From the NCBI GenBank assembly GCA_010405405.1, contig MU004245.1, positions 9,256 through 73,255 on the forward strand: a DNA stretch of 64,000 nucleotides, read 5' to 3'. Below are positions 57,241 to 64,000 of this stretch, piece after piece. This stretch comes from Microthyrium microscopicum (taxonomy: Eukaryota). How positions within the stretch are numbered: position 1 is the first letter of the stretch; every line of letters starts with the position of its first letter. Below the pieces are notes generated by a model. It ran no database searches. It was not told where the DNA came from and was given only the letters and a program-made list of their open reading frames with translations. Made by a program: the position numbers and the translations under genes.

Positions 57241-60200
57241 TGTGGGTGGCTGGACAAGTCAGAGCAAAGTAGCAATGAGGTACAAATATACAATGGATAA
57301 TGCGAACAACCAGATCAACTACAGCGACTTATCCTGTGTAAAGAAGTAAGACGCGCAGGAAGGGTTTCGATAAAGGGAACCAAGAAACAAAGGTCGGGGC
57401 TCTGCTTACTTTTAACAGGCCATATTAAGAAGAAGAGGCTTTGGCTTGTTCGGAGCATATTCATGCTGTCCAGTGCAGGTTATTGCCCCAGATCCCAGTT
57501 CTCTCCACCACCACCGGCGTTGGCTATGCTTCCCTGCATCTTGGTCTGCTTTCTTAACCCTGCCGCCAATGGAAAAGATATGCGGGGTTACGATCATCAC
57601 TCCACGATTTTGCATATCCTCTGTACTCTTGCCGTTTCTTACAATTGGGCTGTGAGCCGTCTTACTCGCCTCCGTGCAGACGATCGACACTGACTCATCC
57701 TGTTTAGGCAATGTTACAGCGAGACCAGTGGTTATTACGCTCTTCATCCCCAGGCCACTTGACCGTCGCGAGCAATGGCGGGTAGTAACTTGTAGTTAGT
57801 AGCAAAAAGATAATCGGATCCAGGAGATGTTTGGAAGACGCCACTGGTTGTGTCGTTCATTCATCACTTGTACGCATGACTCTTTATTCTTGGTGGCTTT
57901 CGCGTTCACAAGACAAAATGTTGCTTTCCCAGCCCCGCGTAGAAGACACCAAACAAGACCAGGCGTTCGGTCGTACAATAATGGACACCAAAGGCCTAAA
58001 ACAAGAGCTCCAAAAGGTAACGTACCCAAAGGGTCGACGCCAAGAACCGGTCGCAAAAAACGCGGAGCCCCGTAAGGAGTTTCATGTAATGTCGATCATA
58101 TCATATTGGATATTGAGTAGCTAATCACAATTAGACAGCCTTGTACATTGCAACCGCAGGCCGACTGTACCGTTCATCTATGGGACGAGGCAGACCACAC
58201 TGTGTCCATTTTACTCCAACGTAAGCCCGCTCATCTACGCAATGTTAATGGATGGCAAAGAGCACAATAATTGTTGCAGGTGAGGTTGGAACATTTCTGA
58301 GCATTGTTTTAGCGCGAGGCGGACCACGGGTTCAGCGCAACAGTTCTGTGCAATGACAGCATCAGCGCTGTGTCGGCGCTCTGAATGGTTCATTTCTCAT
58401 GCATCTCATTCTTTCGATGCGGTTAAAAGCCCACTAGGAACCGGCAACACCGCTCCCCTTAGGAACAAGGGCCGATCAGCTTTCCTACCATCTCTTCCTC
58501 AAGGGGCCGGCGATTATTGGTTGACTGATCAGCTTTTGATGGTCAAGTCAGGTCATGTGCAGAATTGGCGGACAAGGACAAGCTTTGTACAGTCGGCTTA
58601 GAAAGCTTAGGATGAGCTGTTGTTTCCGGGGTCGTTCGTGACTTGGCTGTAACCTTACATCAATGTCAAGTGGCTCGTGGAGAACGAGTTGCTGCAGGAG
58701 AGCAAGGGCGGGCTCGCGCATGTATAGTCATCTTATTTGTATCCCAAGTCATCGGAAGCGGGGCACTTTTCCACGAGCGAAATATCGTGGAGTTGTCGTG
58801 TCGATCTCCAAGTTTGTGGAAAAAGGGTTCTGGAGGGCACATGGGCATTCCCTGGAGATGTTAAGCTGTCAAGATGTCTTTCGGCAATGATCTGTACCAC
58901 AGACTTGAAGATGCTACAAAAACTCCCACCACGAACTTGTCGCGAAATTGTGGCGGGAGAATCCACAAGCGGAGGAATGGATTCCGCAATATTCAATGTC
59001 ATCACGCGATATTCAAAAATCATTACAACCGGCAGTAATTTTGTATGCAATGCTTTTGTATACCTATCACTATCGCCTCTTCCATCCACCTTCCAGAAGT
59101 CTCGGCTGCTGATGGTCTGTCCATCCATGTATGTCTTGGTATGTGTTTGTCTTATGCCGCTGTTTATAATCTGGTACCAATGTTTCGAGGCTCTTTCATC
59201 AAATGGCAAGGCACTCTTCGTTTTGACGCAGGAGTGCCCGAAGCACAAGATGTAGCGCGGAATCATGCTGTGTACCACGTAGCACCCACCACTTAAGAGG
59301 ACCTTATTCGCTCTGGTATAGATGCTACGCTAGTCTGCGGAGTGCCTCGTGAGTGCCTCGTTTAAGAATGGTCAGAATGTGGGGTAGCGTAGAGACGATC
59401 ATTGTTCAGGCCCATCAATTTTTTATGCCAGTACAGTTAAAAGTGGATATACGAAGGCAATCTGATTGAAAGGAGAGGATGCGATGTACTTGTAGATAAT
59501 ATTTGGAATCAGACTGGAAGTAAGACGTTCGTTTAGCTGGCTTGATCAATATAGAGATGGTCAGAGTCTTGGTGAGAGCAGAGGTGATGCATACGGTATT
59601 TGATCGTGGATGAGAGGTCGTGATCAGAGAACTGTGCTTCATGTGGAGACCAGTGGATTATTTGAGCATCATTGATTTTGCACGTTGTGTAATCAATGGT
59701 CTCACATAGTATGCTACCTTCACAGTACTGGTGGCAGCTGACAACATAATGTTTATGCGGAGAATGATACCTAAACACGAAGTAGACAGAATATCAACTG
59801 AGGGACATATATATCGCACATTTCGGGCTCAGACGATGGCATCCGTTGCTTCTCAGAAATGACAGACATTGATATCTCCTCGCGCTTATTCAATCCTTAA
59901 CCATGCCCCAACATTGCAAGGTCAACAAACACTCAAAAACCATGACGTGGTATGGAGTAGATGGCAGCTTATCAAATATCAAGTACATAGTTAGTGAGCA
60001 CACGAGATACCTTGTTCATCAGGCCAAACTGCCCTGTCTGAGTTGACGTCCCAAAGAAAAAATTGCGGTAGCGGATGAGACGAAATGAGGGATCTTGAAC
60101 TGACAACTAAAAGATCGTGAAACTCGATCAAGGGCTGTCTAGTGTGGGTTCATATCAGGGAATGTTATCAGATGCATCCTAGCACGATACTTGACACGGT

Positions 60201-61507
60201 CTCCCGTCCCGTTCAAAAGCTAAGACACGCGGAAGCGAATAGAGACTCTTGGATAGAGCAACTGCTGTTGAAGGTTTGGTTCTGGAGGGTTGGACCTAGA
60301 TTTTGTGCCAAAAAAGTACTCTACAGACACCAAAGCTGGAGGAAATTAAATAAAGTCCAGAGGACCTGTGGCGCATAAGTTCAAGCGATTGAGGCGCTGC
60401 TTAATTTTGGATGGAAGGTTTAGACGAGGAGCTGAAGTTGTCTTGGACTGTTGGTGAAGAATCACGAGCACACAAGCAGCTGGAGAAGAAGGCTGAAAGA
60501 GTGGATAGAAGATCTGATATGGGCTAGGAGATGAACAGATTGATGGTTGAATATAAAACAAAAGAAGACATGGGAGAAGTGTTGAATGTTTAGAAACTGT
60601 CTCAAGAAGATCAAAGAAGTGATGGGTATGATAGGGGTGCAGGCTGAAGCAAGGCTGTAAGGCATGAGTGGGCTGGTAGCTCAAGAAGGAAAAAGGCAGG
60701 AACGATGGAAGCAAATTTGGGGTTGGCCTACCGTTCTGGGAAACATTGAACGGAGAGAGAGTGCAGTGTGCCTGCCAGCCTGCCGCTGTTGTACTGTAGA
60801 TAGTGCCTGGGTGCCTGGGGTCTCGGTTCTTGGGGTATTCAGCGATTTTTGGCAGCATTGGCAGGCGCGACTCCACTTGACCCAGCTCGAGCGAGCCAAC
60901 ATTGAAAGCCTGAACTTTGAAGGCACAAATTTCCCCTGGATCACCCCTTGCAAAAAGAGACGATTGCTTGGTTGGCTAGAGTAGAGTACTCCCAACGCCC
61001 AGCCGTCTACTCCAGATTCCAGTTGCAACAATTCTACAAATCCCTTTCCATTTTCATTATCGCTCAATTTCCCCTAAGTTTGTGCTGATACTGCTTTTCC
61101 CACGCTCTGGAAGCACCATTCTTTTCCCTCTTCCACTTTCCCGAATCCCGACACATTGTTTCCGCTTCCTCGCATACGCTTGCCAACTGCTTCTCCATTG
61201 GCCCGTCCTCAACTTCGTCTACACATTCTGCGACGCTTCGCTTCTGCTCCCCCCGGACTCCATTTGATTCGAAGCTGGCTGGCCGGCCTGTCTTCATCCT
61301 TTTCACAACTACATCCTCGTGCTCGCCCTCCATTGCTTTCTTCACCACCAACAACCCATTCATCTCTATCAGCTGTGCTGCCAACTGCCGTCCGCCTGGC
61401 TGAGGCTTTGCGCCCACTGCGGATCGGCAGATTTCCACCGCTGAACACGCCAACGAGTCCATAATCCACGCGACAACCGCCCGTTTCAAGCCTATCTCAA
61501 TTTCAAA

Positions 61508-64000
61508 ATGACACGACCTTCCATCGTCCGAGCAGGTACACATTGTTTCCCTCGTGTCAACACACAAACTTATTGTTTCCCCCACTTATCTCACGTCTAC
61601 AGATACCATCGATCTTCAAGATCAAAACTCTCCTTCTGCGCAAGATCACTCCAAATCTCATCTTAACGGTGGTCCCGTTGGCCAAGCCGCTCCTCATCAA
61701 GCCGCCGAGTTACGACACGTCCAAAACGAACGTCACGCCGAAGAAGTGGCCTTATCAAACGCCTGGAGTCATAATGGTCAAGGTCTAAGTGACGAACCCC
61801 CATCGGAGGACGACGACATGTATGCTCGCGCCGAGCAACTAACTGGTGATACTCTTGTACATCATAATGGAGACCTCTTGGGGCCATCAGAAGGCTCGGA
61901 CACTGGTGATGATGAAGATCCCCTCGGAGACGATATGGAAAGAGCTTCAAGTTCCCCGTCAATAACTGATGGTGGGTTACCCCAATTTCTCTGGCCTCGT
62001 CGGTCTTCTTCTTTGACGCCAATTCAAACACCAGTGGGAACTCCCACTCGCGATTCGTTTGGCGCTTCTGTTCGCAACTCTCTTCTCAATTCTTCTTCGC
62101 CTTTTCCAAATTCTCTTTCGCGCGATACAGTTCCACGTTATTCGTCGCCAATTTTCGGTTCGGATACCGACCTATGTAGTGATGAGGTCCCGGACCAGTC
62201 ATCATCGCCTTTTGTGTCCTCTCCCGAAGATCTTTCATGTTTTCTTTCAAGATCAACCTCTCTTTCTTCTCCGCGTCATCATCATTGGGGTGAGTATACA
62301 ACCTTTAAAACAACAAACGATCTTACGGCCCTACTTTCTCCGGAAAATGACAACGACTTCGCTGGTCAAGGTAAGCCATCCGCCGAGGAACAGGCTCTAG
62401 CGGACGAGGAGCGAGACGAACTTACTCCACTGCTCTCTGAACAAGAGGAATACTTTTCTAATGGCCTACAACATCGCCGATCTCTCTCACGATCGCCCAC
62501 GGACAAGCCACTGCCACGTTTGCCATCGCCAACAAAGGAGGGATACGTAGGTATGGACCATACGGTAGCCAAGGAGAGGATCACCGAGAATGAAGTCTTT
62601 GAACGCGACCAGGAAACTCCGACGAAAAAAAGCGCTGCTGGCACTAGCGAGGCCGCTTCACTAATTGCAGAAAACGACTCAGAGGACGATTCGGACTGGC
62701 TCACGGAATCCGAAGATGGTGACAGTTTTGATTCCCTTCTCTTCAATGATGATGAAGCAAAAGTTTTTAAACGTTCCTTAACTTCTGCGTTATATTTTAC
62801 GACTGGCTGGAATGCACAAAGCTTACAAGAAACAGAAGATATTGATTTTGATTTGGTTTATGCTCTGCATAGCTTCGTTGCTACTGTGGAGGGACAAGCC
62901 AATGCCGCCAAAGGAGATACCATGGTATTATTAGACGATAGTAATAGCTATTGGTGGCTCGTCCGAGTTATGAAAGACAGTACCATTGGTAAGTCAAAAG
63001 CGCCCACAAGGAAGACAACTTCTAACAATCTTTAGGATACTTACCGGCGGAGCATATTGAAACCCCTACAGAACGATTAGCACGACTCAATAAACACAGA
63101 AATATCGACGTAAGATGATTTGAGCATTTCAAATCTTTATGCTAATCATATCAGGCCACAAAAATGCATTTTGAGGATTCATTAGAGAAACCTAGGAATC
63201 CCTTGAAACGGGCGATGCGAAGAAGAAATCAGAAACAGGTCGCCTTCGCAGAACCTACATACAGAGATGCACCCGTGTACGACTATACATCGGACGAAGA
63301 AGAAGAGGACGAGGAAGGCGAAATGCAAGCACAGACTAATGGTCAGACGAATGAAGCTCAAATGACTCAAGAGGAAGACTATGAAGACGAAGACGAAATA
63401 ACCGCTGTTGCCCCTCTGAATGTTCGCTCAACAGTCAAAGATCCACAACAGCCTGTCGAAGAATTGGCACAAGAAGTCGATCAAAATATGGGTCTGGCAG
63501 AAGAACAACAGTTTAATGAAGACGGGGAGCGAGGTAAAACACACTTTTCGGCACATTCGTTTCTGTTTACTGACGGTGAATTAGTGGGACCTTCACGATC
63601 AAGGAACGGAACTGTCAGAAATACAGACTCATTCTTCAAGGACGATACGGCTGAAACTAGAAAGATCACCATAACTCCTAAGCTATTACGCGATGAAAAT
63701 GGTTCCACCATGGAAGTTACCCGAGCAAGCAATAGTATGGATCGAGGAAGCAGCTTTGACTTTTCCGACAAGCCTGACAGAAAAGAAGACAAGAACACCA
63801 AAAAGAAAAAGGGCATGTTCAACATATTCAAGAGAAGTAAAAGCGATAAGAAATACAAGGAGGAGTCAGTCAATTCGACCAAGACGTCCTCGGAATTCTC
63901 TCGTGAATCTCCTGCGCCTACGTCTGGCACGGTTTCTCCAGCTGAAAAGATATCTCTTGACAATGGCGTCCAACGCAAGGGAAGCAAAGGAGGCAAACTA
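61508..64000 (+). CDS. tea4: Tea4/TeaC/Bud14-like SH3-domain cell-polarity protein (3' end outside window)
   Basis: ATG at 61508; removing intron 61536-61602 gives MTRPSIVRADTIDLQD. SH3 domain VYALHSFVATVEGQ...DDSNSYWWLVR...GYLPAEHIETPTERLARLNKHRN, RVxF-type PP1 motif KQVAF (63233-63247), and RNTDSFFKDD block. Further introns at 62989-63035, 63110-63154 and 63534-63584. Confidence 0.9.

Noticed and set aside
58733..59278. Overlapping 181-aa (-) and 172-aa (+) ORFs in the long intergenic region
   Set aside because: No recognisable domain or convincing splice structure. A gene relic cannot be excluded without a BLASTx search.
59625..59680. C/D-box-like ATGATG...CTGA on the minus strand
   Set aside because: Imperfect C box, only ~50 nt, and no identifiable rRNA guide.
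61554..61602. ORF-track start of the SH3 protein at 61554
   Set aside because: Lies within intron 1; the ATG at 61508 gives the spliced N-terminus MTRPSIVRADTIDLQD.

Overview
Filamentous ascomycete (Pezizomycotina-type) genomic DNA in two sharply separated compartments. Bases 1 to ~47,200 are extremely AT-rich, have no ORF in the supplied track and carry a heavy RIP signature (CpA/TpG nearly absent, TpA in excess). Reading through the C>T/G>A damage shows a nest of retroelements. There are three full-length Ty3/Gypsy chromoviruses with paired LTRs and 5-bp TSDs (A 5708-13371, C 19701-28459, B1 37922-45640), a truncated second copy of B, an older fragmented Gypsy (D), and two copies of a Tad1-like LINE. 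The block also holds a 110-bp satellite and a 1.1-kb tRNA-headed SINE-like insertion with TSD, 3' stem-loop and (TAA)n tail. From ~47,300 the DNA has normal composition and four intron-containing genes: CDC48, a secreted S10 serine carboxypeptidase, an MFS sugar/polyol porter and a Tea4/Bud14-like SH3 protein that runs off the window. The most notable observations are the tRNA-SINE, an 864-nt in-frame exitron candidate in the Tea4-like gene, Tf1-type self-priming PBSs, and possible extra ORFs in Gypsy C and the LINE. All de-RIP translations were done by eye and are inferences.
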